Numbered from the stretch's first letter, positions 1 through 10,179 are shown. The stretch: DNA of 61,617 nt from Bacillota bacterium (GCA_017578085.2 PKQR02000003.1:1-61617), one strand, 5' to 3'. The notes: generated by a model from the letters alone, not told the origin. Program-made: numbers and translations.

Positions 1-5
1 GAGCG

Positions 6-1466
6 TCACATCCCTCCGAGCCTGGCCGCCAACACCGCGATGGGTTCGTTAAAGAACCGCAGGGCAATGCCAGGCAGGATGCCGAGCAGGACAATGAAGA
101 CCATCAGCGGCGCAGCCACCACCAGCTCCCGCGGGCTGATGTCCGGCAAGGCCTCACCGCGCGGCTGGCCCATCAGGACCCGCTGCATCATCCACAGATG
201 GTAGCCGGCGGTTGTGACCAAACCGAGAGCGGCGGCGAGCACCACCAACCCTGTGAACACGGGGAACGAGCCCACGAAGGTGAAGAACTCGCCCGGGAAG
301 CCGGCCATACCCGGCAGGCCCAAGTTCGCGAAGGCCGCAAACGCCATGATCCGCGACGCCACCGGGATCTGGGTGTACAGGCCGCTCATCTGGTCCATCA
401 TACGGGTGTGCGTCCGGTCATAAATGACGCTGGCCACCACGAAGAACAACAGCGGCGAGATGAGCCCGTGGGAGATGTTGACGAACATCGCGCCGTTCAG
501 CGCCATGGGCGTCATGGCCGCAGCGCCAAGGACGACGTAGCCCATGTGGCTGATAGAGGAGTACGCGACCATCTTCTTGAGGTCGGTCTGGGCCATCGCC
601 GCCAGTGCGCCATAGATGATGCCGATAACGCCCAGCACCGCCAGCACCGGCGAGAAAGCCTGCGCCGCATCGGGGAACGTGGGCAGCATGAAACGGAACA
701 ACCCGTAGGTACCGGTCTTCAGCAAAATGCCCGCCAGGATCATGGAGCCGCCGGTGGGCGCCTCAACGTGAGCGTCAGGCAACCACGTGTGGAACGGGAA
801 GATCGGCACCTTCACCGCGAAGCCGGCGAAGAAGGCCAGGAAAATCCACCACTGGAGAGTGGGGGAGAGATTGGCCTGTTCGGCCAGGACCATCACGTCG
901 AACGTGCGCAGCCCCGAGCCCAGGTACAGCGCCAGGATACCCACCAGCATGATGGCGCTGCCGAGCAACGTGTAGATGAAGAACTTGAGGCTAGCGTACT
1001 CCTTGCGGGGACCGCCCCAGATGCCGATGATGAAGTACATCGGCACCAGGCTCGCCTCAAAGAAGATGAAGAACAGGAAGTAGTCCAGGGCCGTGAACAC
1101 GCCGTAGATGGCCGTCTGGAGCACCAGCATCCAGAGGAAGAATTCCTTGACGCGGTGCGTGATCGTGTACGACGCCAGCACGGACAAAGGCAGCACCAGA
1201 GCCGAGACGGCGATCAAGGGGAAGCTGATGCCGTCCACGCCCAGCTTGTACTGGATCCCGAGGCTCGGAATCCACGGGGCCTGCGTGATCAGCTGCATGC
1301 CCGGCTGAGAGAAGTCCATCTGTCGCCAAATCAGCACGACCAGGACCGTGGGGATCAGCGATACCGCCAAGGCGAACCGCCGGATCGCATCCACGCGTTC
1401 TTTCGGGAAAAACGCGAGCAGAAGGGCCCCCATCAGGGGGATAAATACCAGGGCAGTGAGGAGCAT
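6..1466 (-). CDS. nuoM: NADH-quinone oxidoreductase subunit M
   Basis: Multi-TM antiporter-like subunit with FAVKVPIFPFHTWLPDAHVEAP and YSSISHMG motifs; follows nuoL. Confidence 0.95.
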   Translation of the reverse strand: MLLTALVFIPLMGALLLAFFPKERVDAIRRFALAVSLIPTVLVVLIWRQMDFSQPGMQLITQAPWIPSLGIQYKLGVDGISFPLIAVSALVLPLSVLASYTITHRVKEFFLWMLVLQTAIYGVFTALDYFLFFIFFEASLVPMYFIIGIWGGPRKEYASLKFFIYTLLGSAIMLVGILALYLGSGLRTFDVMVLAEQANLSPTLQWWIFLAFFAGFAVKVPIFPFHTWLPDAHVEAPTGGSMILAGILLKTGTYGLFRFMLPTFPDAAQAFSPVLAVLGVIGIIYGALAAMAQTDLKKMVAYSSISHMGYVVLGAAAMTPMALNGAMFVNISHGLISPLLFFVVASVIYDRTHTRMMDQMSGLYTQIPVASRIMAFAAFANLGLPGMAGFPGEFFTFVGSFPVFTGLVVLAAALGLVTTAGYHLWMMQRVLMGQPRGEALPDISPRELVVAAPLMVFIVLLGILPGIALRFFNEPIAVLAARLGGM

Positions 1467-1470
1467 CGCG

Positions 1471-3381
1471 TTATCCTCCTATTACCAGGATTGCCAGTCC
1501 GGCCAACAGGCCCAGGAACAAGACCAGGATGTACGATTGGACAAGTCCCGTCTGCACCTGCCGGAGCACCCGGCTGCCGACCACAAATGCACCGCCGATG
1601 CCGTTGACGGTGCCGTCGACGACGCCCCGGTCGAACTCGTCCACGTACTCGGAGACCTTCCGCCACATCCAACCGACCGCGTTGACGATGAGGTCGATGA
1701 CGTGACGGTCGAACCAGCCGATGACCAGCGCCAGCCCGATCATGCCGCGGACGAACACGTACTGGTAGACGTCGTCAATGTAGTAACGCCGCTTAAGCAC
1801 CACCCAGATGGGGTAGAGCACCTGGATGATCTTGCGGCGGGAAACCAGGTTGTACTTGTAGATGGCCAGTGCCAGCAGGACGCCCAGCACCCAGACCGCC
1901 GTGGCCACACCGAATACGAACGCGTCGGTCGAGGCGTGGTGCGGCTCGCCGTAGTACACGAATCCCGCCAGCGGCCTGGCCACGAACCCGGACACGGCCG
2001 CGAGCACCCCAAGGATGATCAGCGGATACGTCATGACCCGCCCGCCCTCGTGGGCGTGCTCATAGGCGTACTTATCCCGCGGCGTGCCGAAGAAGGTCAA
2101 GTAGGTGGCCCGGGTGGTGTAGAACGCGGTGAGGGCTGCGGCCGCCACCAACATCCAGAAGATGGGCGGGTTATTATGCCAGGCCTCCAACATGATTTCT
2201 TCCTTGCTCCAGAAGCCCGACAGCGGCGGGATGCCGATTAGGGCCCCTGCGCCGATGAGCCACACCCAGCCGGTCACCGGCAGCTTCTTAAACAGGCCGC
2301 CCATCTGGTGCATGTTCTGCGTATGCACCGCGTGAATCACCGAACCGGACGCCAGGAAAAGCAGCGCCTTGAAGAAGGCGTGGGTCATCAGGTGGAACAC
2401 GGCCGCCGTGTAGCCGCCTACCCCGAGGGCGGCCACCATGAAGCCCAGCTGCGAAATGGTGGAGTAGGCGAGGACCTTCTTGATGTCCTCCATGACCAGC
2501 GCAATGGTGGCGGCGAACAAGGCCGTGAAAGCGCCTATCCAGGCCACCACCTCCAGCGCCTCGGGCACGGGAGTGAAGAGGCCGTAGCCCCGAGCCACCA
2601 GGTACACGCCCGCGGCCACCATCGTCGCCGCGTGGATGAGGGCGCTGGCAGGCGTCGGGCCCGCCATCGCGTCGGGAAGCCAGACGTGCAGCGGGAATTG
2701 CGCCGACTTGCCGATGGGGCCGATGAACAACAGGATGGCCGCCACCGTCAAAACCGGCAGGCTCAAGGTGCCGTCGGCAATCCTGGCGGTCAGCTCATCA
2801 AACCGGAACGTCCCGGCCGCGGCGAAGAGGAGCAGGATGCCGATGAACATGCCAACGTCGCCCACGCGGGTGGTGAGGAACGCCTTGTTGGCCGCGTGCA
2901 CGTTGGCGCGCTCCTCATAGTAGTGCCCGATCAACAAGTAGGAGCACAGGCCCATGAGCTCCCAGAAGACGAACAGGAACAACAGGTTATCCGCGATGAC
3001 CAAGCCCAGCATGCTGGCGGTGAAGAGCGACAGCACGCCGTAGTAACGCTTGTAGCGCGCGTCGCCCTCCATGTAACCGACGGAGAAGATGTGGACCATT
3101 AAGCTGACGAGGGTGACGACGACCAGCATCACCGCCGCCAGCGGATCCACCTGGTACCCGAGCCGGAGGACCAAGTCCCCGTGGACCGCCCACTCAAAGG
3201 ACTGGGCTAGGCGTGCCCCGGCCATTACGTCCAGCAGGACGCCGACTGATAGCAAAAACGCGATGCTGATAGCCCCGATGCCGACGCGATCGCCCTGGCC
3301 CGTCGTCCGATGGCCGAACAGGGCGATAAAGAGGGACGCCGCCAGCGGGAGCACGGGTATGAGCCATACCAGTTGGATCAT
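1471..3381 (-). CDS. nuoL: NADH-quinone oxidoreductase subunit L
   Basis: GKSAQFPLHVWLPDAMAGPTP, YSTISQLG and HAFFKALLFL motifs; 636 aa. Confidence 0.95.
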   Translation of the reverse strand: MIQLVWLIPVLPLAASLFIALFGHRTTGQGDRVGIGAISIAFLLSVGVLLDVMAGARLAQSFEWAVHGDLVLRLGYQVDPLAAVMLVVVTLVSLMVHIFSVGYMEGDARYKRYYGVLSLFTASMLGLVIADNLLFLFVFWELMGLCSYLLIGHYYEERANVHAANKAFLTTRVGDVGMFIGILLLFAAAGTFRFDELTARIADGTLSLPVLTVAAILLFIGPIGKSAQFPLHVWLPDAMAGPTPASALIHAATMVAAGVYLVARGYGLFTPVPEALEVVAWIGAFTALFAATIALVMEDIKKVLAYSTISQLGFMVAALGVGGYTAAVFHLMTHAFFKALLFLASGSVIHAVHTQNMHQMGGLFKKLPVTGWVWLIGAGALIGIPPLSGFWSKEEIMLEAWHNNPPIFWMLVAAAALTAFYTTRATYLTFFGTPRDKYAYEHAHEGGRVMTYPLIILGVLAAVSGFVARPLAGFVYYGEPHHASTDAFVFGVATAVWVLGVLLALAIYKYNLVSRRKIIQVLYPIWVVLKRRYYIDDVYQYVFVRGMIGLALVIGWFDRHVIDLIVNAVGWMWRKVSEYVDEFDRGVVDGTVNGIGGAFVVGSRVLRQVQTGLVQSYILVLFLGLLAGLAILVIGG

Positions 3382-3433
3382 CTCACAGCCACCTTCCGTA
3401 GCGTGACGCCGGGCTTGTCCGACGCTACCCTAG

Positions 3434-3748
3434 CTACCATTTCAGCAAGTGCACCCGCTCGATATCGATGTGCTTCTCGCGCCGGGCCAGCATCAGGATG
3501 ATGGCGAGAGCCAACGCCACTTCCGCAGCGGCCACCGTCATGATAAACAGTGCAAAGATTTGCCCGGCCGCGGCCGCCTCCCGCAGGGTTGCGGCGAAGG
3601 CAACCAGGTTGATGTTGACCGCGTTCAGCATCAGCTCCACGCACATCAGGATCCGGATGGCGTTGCGCTGGGTCAACGCCCCGTACAGCCCGAGGCCAAA
3701 CAAGATGGCCCCAAGCACGAGCGGGTACGTTACCGGGATAGTGGTCAT
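3434..3748 (-). CDS. nuoK: NADH-quinone oxidoreductase subunit K
   Basis: 104 aa, three TM; ELMLNAVNIN and VAAAEVALALA motifs. Confidence 0.95.
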   Translation of the reverse strand: MTTIPVTYPLVLGAILFGLGLYGALTQRNAIRILMCVELMLNAVNINLVAFAATLREAAAAGQIFALFIMTVAAAEVALALAIILMLARREKHIDIERVHLLKW

Positions 3749-4287
3749 GAGCCCTGTTCCTCCTTGTCGTCGTCCCGGACGGCCAGGACGATGGCTCCGA
3801 CGAGGGCGATCAGCAACAGCACCGCCGCCAGCTCAAAAGGAATCACGTAAGTGGTGAACAGGGCGCTGCCGATGAGCCGCACGGTGTCTACGGCTCCGGT
3901 GGCAGGTGTAGGCCACGGGGCCCGCAGGTAGACCATAATCATGATGGCCACAAAGGCAACGGTGCCCACAACGGGCAGCACACCGCGGCGCCACAACGCC
4001 GTGCCTTCGAGAGGCTCAACCGGCACCGGCTCCCGGCTGCGCACTTCGGCGGCCTGGGAAAGCATGATACCGAACAGGATGATGGTTGTCACTGCACCCA
4101 CGTACACCAGCACTTGCGCTGCGGCCAAGAACTCGGCGCCCAGTGTGATGAACACGCCCGCCACCAAGAAGAAGGTGAACCCGAGCCACAAGGCGGCGTG
4201 CATGATCTTGGGGGCGGTCACCACCCGGAAGGCCGACACGACCGCCACAGCCGCCAACGCCAGGAACGCCATGCGCGCCAGGTCCAT
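3745..4287 (-). CDS. nuoJ: NADH-quinone oxidoreductase subunit J
   Basis: AEFLAAAQVLVYVGAV and PFELAAVLLLIALVGAI motifs. Confidence 0.93.
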   Translation of the reverse strand: MDLARMAFLALAAVAVVSAFRVVTAPKIMHAALWLGFTFFLVAGVFITLGAEFLAAAQVLVYVGAVTTIILFGIMLSQAAEVRSREPVPVEPLEGTALWRRGVLPVVGTVAFVAIMIMVYLRAPWPTPATGAVDTVRLIGSALFTTYVIPFELAAVLLLIALVGAIVLAVRDDDKEEQGS

Positions 4288-4796
4288 CAGCGACGGGCAC
4301 CTCCGGTCTTGATGCCGAAGTTCTGCGTCTCGCGGATGTTGGTCGTCGGCGTGATCGCGCGGCGGCCGATCTCGGCCAGTTGGTCCCGGGTGTAAACGAG
4401 GCTGGGCAAGTCGTAGGAGGCCAGCTCGAATTGGTCGGACATGGCCAGCGCGTCAAACGGGCACGCCTCCACGCACAAGCCGCAGTACATGCACCAGGTC
4501 GAGTCCAGGTTGTATACGTCCAGAACCTTCTTGCGGGTCTGGTTGTCCCGGTGCGATTGGATCTCGATGCAGTTGACCGGGCACGCCTTCGCGCACAGCT
4601 CGCAGGAGACGCACTTCAGGTTGCCCTCTTCGTCGCTGAGCAGGACGGGGATACCACGGTAGCCCAAGGGAACGTCCAGCTGTTCCTCCGGGTAGTTGAT
4701 GGTGATGACCGGCCGGAACATCTCGCGGATGGTGATTCCCATGCCGATCAGGGTCGTGCGTATCATGGAGAAGAAGTCCCGCAGGCTTCGGAACAC
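4287..4796 (-). CDS. nuoI: NADH-quinone oxidoreductase subunit I
   Basis: Two CxxCxxCxxxCP clusters (CVSCELCAKACP, CMYCGLCVEACP). Confidence 0.95.
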   Translation of the reverse strand: MFRSLRDFFSMIRTTLIGMGITIREMFRPVITINYPEEQLDVPLGYRGIPVLLSDEEGNLKCVSCELCAKACPVNCIEIQSHRDNQTRKKVLDVYNLDSTWCMYCGLCVEACPFDALAMSDQFELASYDLPSLVYTRDQLAEIGRRAITPTTNIRETQNFGIKTGGARR

Positions 4797-4841
4797 CAGT
4801 TCACACCCCTCTTCGCTCGGGGGTCGCGCCCCCGGATCCTC

Positions 4842-5855
4842 TCAACCCCGCAACACCACGTACAACCCCGTCCAGCCCAAGTTGATCAAGGCGAGGGGGA
4901 TCAGCACGTACCAGCCCAAGTTCATCAGGTGGTCCACCCGGATGCGGGGCAACGTCCAGCGGATCCACATGGCCACGAAGATAAAGAAGTACGTCTTGAT
5001 CAAGAACCAAACGATGGGCGGGAAGATTGGGCCAGTGGGGCCGCCAAAGAAGAACGTGGCCGCCAGGGCTGAAAAAGCCACCAGGTTGGCGTACTCCGCC
5101 AGGAAGAAGATGGCCCAGCGCATCCCGCTGTACTCCGTGTTGTAGCCGGCCACCAGCTCGCTTTCGGCTTCGGGCAAGTCAAACGGCGCCCGGTTGATCT
5201 CGGCCAACCCGGCGGTGAAGAAGACGAGGAAACCCAAGATCTGCGGGAAAATGAACCAGTTGGTGATGCCGCCTTGCTGCGCGGCGACGATGTCGCTGAG
5301 CCGCAAGGAGCCGGCCATCATGCCGATGGCGACGATCGAGAGGACCAACGGGATCTCATAGCTGACCAGCTGCGCCGCCGACCGCATGGCCCCCAGCAGG
5401 GACCACTTGTTGTTGGACGACCAGCCGGCCATCAAGATGGCCAGGACGCTCAGGCCCGTCACCGCGGAGATGTAGATGAGCCCGATGTTCAGGTCCTGGA
5501 CGATAGTCTGAGGACCAAAGGGGATGACGATCCACAGCGCCGTCGCGGCAGCGAAAAACACCATCGGCGCCAGGACAAAGACGGCCACATCGGCACCGCT
5601 GGGCACGATGTCTTCCTTGCTCAGGAGTTTGATAGCGTCCGCAAAGGTCTGCAGCAAGCCCCGCGGCCCCGTGCGCAACGGTCCAGGGCGGCGCTGGATG
5701 CGCCCGGAGACCTTCCGTTCCATCAACACGAGGACTAGGGCGTTGACCGCCAGAAACGTGGTGACCAACAGGCCCTTGATCACGCCCATAACGACGTTGA
5801 AGGCGGACTCGCTCCAGCCCCAGCTCTGGAACAGCCCCCACAGCCAGTCGCTCAT
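4842..5855 (-). CDS. nuoH: NADH-quinone oxidoreductase subunit H
   Basis: ERKVSGRIQRRPGP and NRAPFDLPEAESELVAGYNTEYSG motifs. Confidence 0.96.
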   Translation of the reverse strand: MSDWLWGLFQSWGWSESAFNVVMGVIKGLLVTTFLAVNALVLVLMERKVSGRIQRRPGPLRTGPRGLLQTFADAIKLLSKEDIVPSGADVAVFVLAPMVFFAAATALWIVIPFGPQTIVQDLNIGLIYISAVTGLSVLAILMAGWSSNNKWSLLGAMRSAAQLVSYEIPLVLSIVAIGMMAGSLRLSDIVAAQQGGITNWFIFPQILGFLVFFTAGLAEINRAPFDLPEAESELVAGYNTEYSGMRWAIFFLAEYANLVAFSALAATFFFGGPTGPIFPPIVWFLIKTYFFIFVAMWIRWTLPRIRVDHLMNLGWYVLIPLALINLGWTGLYVVLRG

Positions 5856-6995
5856 TTACCGGTCCACCTCGCCCATGACGATGTCGATGCTGCCGATGAT
5901 GGCCACCATGTCGGCGATGAGATGGCCAACGCCCATCGGCTCCAGGAGCTGCAGGTGGACGAAGCACGGGGAGCGGTAGTGGCACCGGTACGGCTGGTCC
6001 GAACCGTCTCCCACCAGGTACACGCCGACTTCGCCGCGGGGCGATTCGACGCGGGTGTACACGTCGCCCACCAGCTTCATCCGCCGCGGCACGTCGCCCA
6101 GCCACGGGCCGCCGGGGATGGTCTTAATGGCCTGGCGGATGATGCGGATGGATTCGTAGAACTCGTGCATGCGCACGACGTAGCGGGAGTAAACGTCGCC
6201 GTGCTCGCCCACAGGGATGTTGAACTCGAACCGGTCGTACACCGAGTACGGGTCCGTCTTGCGCAGGTCCTGGGGGACGCCGCAACCCCGCAGCACCGGC
6301 CCACTGGCGCCGTAGGCGATGGCCTGCTCCTTGGTAATCACCCCGACGCCCTTGGTGCGGGATTCGAAGATGCGGTTGCCGGTGAGGAGTTTGTTGTACT
6401 CGATCAACCTCTCTTCGAGGAGGTCAAGGAAGCGGAGGATGTCCTCCTCGAAACCTTCATAGAGGTCGTTGCGAACGCCGCCGACCCGCAGGTAGTTGTA
6501 GAGCATGCGGGCGCCCGTCAGCTTCTGGAAGATGTCGAACAGGCTTTCCCGTTCGCGGAAGGCGTAGAGGAAGGCGGTCACAGCGCCCAGGTCCAGGGCG
6601 AACGTGCCAAACCAGAGCAGGTGGCTGGCGATGCGCTGCATTTCGCCCACGATGACCCGGATGTACTCGGCGCGCTCGGGCACTTCGACGCCCATCAGCT
6701 TTTCCGCCGCCATCACGTAAGCCCACTCGCTGGTGATGGCCGCCAGGTAGTCGGTGCGGTCGCAGTAGGGGATGACCATTTGCACCGAGCGCCGTTCCGC
6801 GATCTTTTCGAAGCAGCGGTGCAGGTAGCCGATGTCCGGCTTGAGCGACAGAACCCGCTCGCCGTCAACACGCAGCAGGAGCCGCAACACCCCGTGCGTG
6901 CTGGGGTGCTGGGGTCCCATGTTGACAAAGAGCTCGTGCTCGGCCGGGGTCGTCGTATCCTGCTTTACTTCGCTGGTCACAGCGGTTTCGGCCAA
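5856..6995 (-). CDS. nuoD: NADH-quinone oxidoreductase subunit D
   Basis: NMGPQHPSTHGVLRL, GYLHRCFEK and C-terminal GSIDIVMGEVDR; no NiFe CxxC motifs. Confidence 0.96.
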   Translation of the reverse strand: MAETAVTSEVKQDTTTPAEHELFVNMGPQHPSTHGVLRLLLRVDGERVLSLKPDIGYLHRCFEKIAERRSVQMVIPYCDRTDYLAAITSEWAYVMAAEKLMGVEVPERAEYIRVIVGEMQRIASHLLWFGTFALDLGAVTAFLYAFRERESLFDIFQKLTGARMLYNYLRVGGVRNDLYEGFEEDILRFLDLLEERLIEYNKLLTGNRIFESRTKGVGVITKEQAIAYGASGPVLRGCGVPQDLRKTDPYSVYDRFEFNIPVGEHGDVYSRYVVRMHEFYESIRIIRQAIKTIPGGPWLGDVPRRMKLVGDVYTRVESPRGEVGVYLVGDGSDQPYRCHYRSPCFVHLQLLEPMGVGHLIADMVAIIGSIDIVMGEVDR

Positions 6996-7051
6996 AGCCG
7001 TTCACTCCTATCGGGCGTCAACGCCGCCCCAAGCGCGTGGGCCGCCCCGTT

Positions 7052-7567
7052 TTACCGGGTGACGCGAGTGCGCTTGGGACGCTGGTCGACGTAGTCCTTG
7101 CGCAGCGGATGGCCAACCCAATCCTCGCGCATCAGAATGCGGCGCAAGTCGGGATGACCCTCAAAGACGACGCCAAACATGTCGTACACTTCGCGTTCGT
7201 GGAAGTTGGCGGTCGGCCAGATGTCGACAACGCTGCGCACCCGGGGGTTGTCCCTGGGCAGATCGATTTTGACCACCAGCTTCCCGCGCTTTTTGGCGTC
7301 GGTGCCCAGGCGCGCCAAGTGGTAAACAACTTGCAGCTTTCCTTCGTTTATATAGTCGACGGCGGTGACGTCCAGCAGGTAGTCAAAAGCAAGCCCCGGG
7401 TACTCCTTGATGTAGCGGAAGAACTCCGGGGACTGGTCCGCGTCGACCTTCACCTCGAGCCAATTGTCAGGCTTCAACTCGATGGACAGTTGCGGGAAGC
7501 GCTCCCGCAGGGCGTCCGCCACCGGTTGCAAATGTTCGGGCCATGTGGTCGCCTCGTGCTCGCTCAC
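7052..7567 (-). CDS. nuoC: NADH-quinone oxidoreductase subunit C
   Basis: [22 protein letters not shown]...GHPLRKDY motif. Confidence 0.95.
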   Translation of the reverse strand: MSEHEATTWPEHLQPVADALRERFPQLSIELKPDNWLEVKVDADQSPEFFRYIKEYPGLAFDYLLDVTAVDYINEGKLQVVYHLARLGTDAKKRGKLVVKIDLPRDNPRVRSVVDIWPTANFHEREVYDMFGVVFEGHPDLRRILMREDWVGHPLRKDYVDQRPKRTRVTR

Positions 7568-7573
7568 GGGGAA

Positions 7574-8068
7574 TCACCCTTTCGCCGGCGCCGGGATCTC
7601 GATTCCCTCGCGCATGATCTTGTCCTGAAGCAGCAGCACGCCGTGCATGAGCGCTTCAGGACGGGGCGGACAGCCCGGCACGTACACGTCGACCGGGATC
7701 ACCTTATCAACCCCGTCGACAATGTTGTACTCGCCGTGGTAGGGCCCGCCGTTGATAGCGCAACCGCCCATGGCGATGACCCAGCGGGGCTCCGCCATCT
7801 GGTCATAGAGCACCTTGACACGATCGGCCATCTTCTCGTTGACCGTGCCGGGAACGATCATGAGGTCCGACTGGCGCGGGGAAGCACGGAAGATCATGCC
7901 GAAGCGGTCGAAGTCGTAGCGAGAGGCGCCGGTAGCCATCATCTCGATGGCGCAGCAGGCGATGCCGAACAGCATGTACCAGAGCGACGACTTCCGGCTC
8001 CAGTTGAGCAGGCGGCGTAGGCTGGTGGTGACGACGCCAGGCACCGCCTCGTGTGTGATCAGACCCAC
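7574..8068 (-). CDS. nuoB: NADH-quinone oxidoreductase subunit B
   Basis: [20 protein letters not shown] and PGCPPRPE motifs; start placed at GTG 8068, overlapping the nuoA end. Confidence 0.94.
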   Translation of the reverse strand: MGLITHEAVPGVVTTSLRRLLNWSRKSSLWYMLFGIACCAIEMMATGASRYDFDRFGMIFRASPRQSDLMIVPGTVNEKMADRVKVLYDQMAEPRWVIAMGGCAINGGPYHGEYNIVDGVDKVIPVDVYVPGCPPRPEALMHGVLLLQDKIMREGIEIPAPAKG

Positions 8069-8415
8069 CGCAAAACCCCCTTCTTCCAGGCATACACGAG
8101 GCCGTCCACCAGCATGAACAGGAAGATGACCATCAGGACAAGGGCGTACATCCCCAGCTCCCGCAGGACGACGGCCCAAGGAAACAGGAAGACGACCTCG
8201 ACGTCGAAGACGACAAACAGGAGGGCGAAGATGTAGTAGCGGATGTTGAAGGGAGCCTGGCCTTCGCCCACAGGAACTTCGCCGCACTCGTAGGGAGTGA
8301 GCTTTTCAGGATACGGGTTGTGCGGCCGCAACAGCCGCCCAAGGGTCAGGTTCAGGGCGACGAAACCAGCCCCTACCAAAAAAAAGATGAGGACGTCGGT
8401 GTATGCGCTGACCAT
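8059..8415 (-). CDS. nuoA: NADH-quinone oxidoreductase subunit A
   Basis: [20 protein letters not shown] and YAWKKG motifs; SD GGAGG upstream. Confidence 0.95.
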   Translation of the reverse strand: MVSAYTDVLIFFLVGAGFVALNLTLGRLLRPHNPYPEKLTPYECGEVPVGEGQAPFNIRYYIFALLFVVFDVEVVFLFPWAVVLRELGMYALVLMVIFLFMLVDGLVYAWKKGVLRWV

Positions 8416-8436
8416 GACAGCCCCTCCCCGCGGCGG

Positions 8437-8474
8437 TTAGCTCCACGTCTCACCCGATTAGCTCCACATTTCAC
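8437..8474. repeat. 17-bp direct repeat in the nuo leader (candidate operator)
   Basis: ttagctccacgtctcac (8437-8453) and ttagctccacatttcac (8458-8474); 15/17 identical, 21-bp period. Confidence 0.7.
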
Positions 8475-8547
8475 AAAGTATGAGCGCACTACCCGTTTAG
8501 AAATGCGGCAAAAACCGCCAGAACCTTCACTCCCGCTTCCACAGGCC

Positions 8548-8576
8548 ATTATATGTTTGGCAAAAGCCCATGTCAA
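8548..8576 (-). promoter_or_regulatory. Sigma-A promoter of the nuo operon
   Basis: Perfect TTGACA-N17-TATAAT on the minus strand; -35 overlaps the lipid kinase stop codon. Confidence 0.85.
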
Positions 8577-9445
8577 GGCAACAGCATGGGCAAGGCCCCC
8601 GGCCGCAGTTCAAAGGTGGCCGGCAGATTGCCCACGAGTTCGCCGTCGGCCTGGATGCGCAGATGGCTGGGGCCCTCCACCACGACCTGGCGGGCCCGGT
8701 GATAGGAAATTTTCGGATGTTTCAGGTGAGAGCCGTTGAAGACCCGGGGCAGGGTCAAGATCGTCCCAATCTTGCCGATATCCCCCGCGATAACGACGTC
8801 AAACTGGCCGTCGCGCAGGTCGGCGTGCGGGCAGATCATCATACCGCCGGCGAGGAAGCGGCCGTTGCCGACGGCCATAAGGAGGCTGCGCACCTCGTGG
8901 GACACCCCGTCGAGGGTGATGCGTAAGGGAGCGTTCTCATAGGTGAACAGCGTTTCGAATATGGCCTTGACGTAAGGCAGCGCGCCGCCTTGCTTCTTGC
9001 CGGTCTCGTTGACCCGGGCGGCCACCTGGGCGTCAAAGCCGGTGCCCGCCACGTTGCAGAAGAGCCGGCCGTTGACGATGCCGACATCGATGTGGGTGAC
9101 GCGGCCGGCCAGCACCACATCCAGCGCTTCTTTGGGACTGTTGGGGACGCCGGCTGTGCGGGGGAAATCTACGCCGGTGCCCAGCGGGATGAGCCCCACC
9201 GCCACGCCGCTGAACCCGACCCCGTTGACGACCTCGTTGAGGGTGCCGTCGCCGCCCACAGCGACGACTGCGCTGTAGCCGGCTTGGGCCGCTTGGCGGG
9301 CCAGCTCCACCGCGTGGCCCGGACCTTCCGTTTCGAACCGTTCCCACGCCACCCGGTGGGCCCGCAGGTGTTGTTCCACCTCCGGCCACAGCCGCCGCGC
9401 CCTGCCGCCTCCTGCCACCGGGTTGACGATGAAGGCCAACTGCAC
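8573..9445 (-). CDS. Diacylglycerol/lipid kinase family protein (YegS/DgkB-like)
   Basis: NPVAGGG, GGDGTLNEVVNG, PLGTG and DGE motifs. Confidence 0.9.
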   Translation of the reverse strand: MQLAFIVNPVAGGGRARRLWPEVEQHLRAHRVAWERFETEGPGHAVELARQAAQAGYSAVVAVGGDGTLNEVVNGVGFSGVAVGLIPLGTGVDFPRTAGVPNSPKEALDVVLAGRVTHIDVGIVNGRLFCNVAGTGFDAQVAARVNETGKKQGGALPYVKAIFETLFTYENAPLRITLDGVSHEVRSLLMAVGNGRFLAGGMMICPHADLRDGQFDVVIAGDIGKIGTILTLPRVFNGSHLKHPKISYHRARQVVVEGPSHLRIQADGELVGNLPATFELRPGALPMLLP

Positions 9446-9491
9446 GGTTCCCTCGCTCCTCCTATCCTACCCTACAAACAAAAAACGGTGA

Positions 9492-9522
9492 AATCTTCCA
9501 CCGGGAGGATATCATTTCCTTT
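9492..9522 (-). promoter_or_regulatory. Sigma-H-like promoter for the lipid kinase
   Basis: AAAGGAA-N17-GAAGATT on the minus strand. Confidence 0.4.
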
Positions 9523-9582
9523 CCTCACCCGAAACCCGGCGCCGGTTTCCAGGCTTTTGAAACGAATTTGTGTATCGCTTTG

Positions 9583-9591
9583 TGTTATAAT
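9583..9591 (+). promoter_or_regulatory. Extended -10 promoter for the 9640/FtsH-like operon
   Basis: TGnTATAAT (tgttataat) in an AT-rich intergenic patch; no clear -35. Confidence 0.55.
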
Positions 9592-9639
9592 GAGCGGCGC
9601 TACAGGAGCGCACGGCCGCCGTAGGAAAGGTGAACGCCG

Positions 9640-10179
9640 GTGACGTTTCGGGGCTATAAGCTTCATGTAGTTCTCATCGCTTTCGTTGTCTGCCTCGGCA
9701 CCGCCTTGGGCGTGCAACGGTTGGTGTACGGCCAGCGGGTGGTGGAGCCGCTGGAGCGCGCCTTCGCGGCCATTCCCGGCGTTGTGGAGGTCGTGCTGGA
9801 GCCGCGCGGCGGTGAAACCGACATCGTGCTGCACGTGGAGCCCGGGGCCGAGCTGCCGCGCGTCTACCGGGAGGCGGAAGCGGCGGCCCGGGCGCGGCTT
9901 GGCGACCGCCTAGGCAAGATTGTCCTCGCAGACCAGCGTACTCCGGCGCTGGTCGACGCGTTTTACAAGATGCACCTGGCGCTTCATGAGGGCGCGGCCA
10001 CCGGCCGTTTTACCGAAATGGCTGAGCAGCTGGACGCCATGGCGGCGGAGCTGTCTCTTACTGACTACCGTGTCTTTGTGGATGATGAGCGGGTTTACGT
10101 GCTGCTCGTGTCCGACGACGGCTACCTCTACGAAACGGTCGCCCGGCCTGCGGCGCCTGTAAGGGGGAGCGGGGGATGA
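9640..10179 (+). CDS. Hypothetical protein with one N-terminal TM/signal anchor
   Basis: SD AAAGGTGA; hydrophobic N-terminus; stop overlaps the next start (ATGA). Confidence 0.8.
   Translation: MTFRGYKLHVVLIAFVVCLGTALGVQRLVYGQRVVEPLERAFAAIPGVVEVVLEPRGGETDIVLHVEPGAELPRVYREAEAAARARLGDRLGKIVLADQRTPALVDAFYKMHLALHEGAATGRFTEMAEQLDAMAAELSLTDYRVFVDDERVYVLLVSDDGYLYETVARPAAPVRGSGG

Noticed and set aside
5856-8068. Group 4 NiFe hydrogenase instead of complex I
   Set aside because: The large subunit lacks both CxxC nickel-binding motifs and has the NuoD signature
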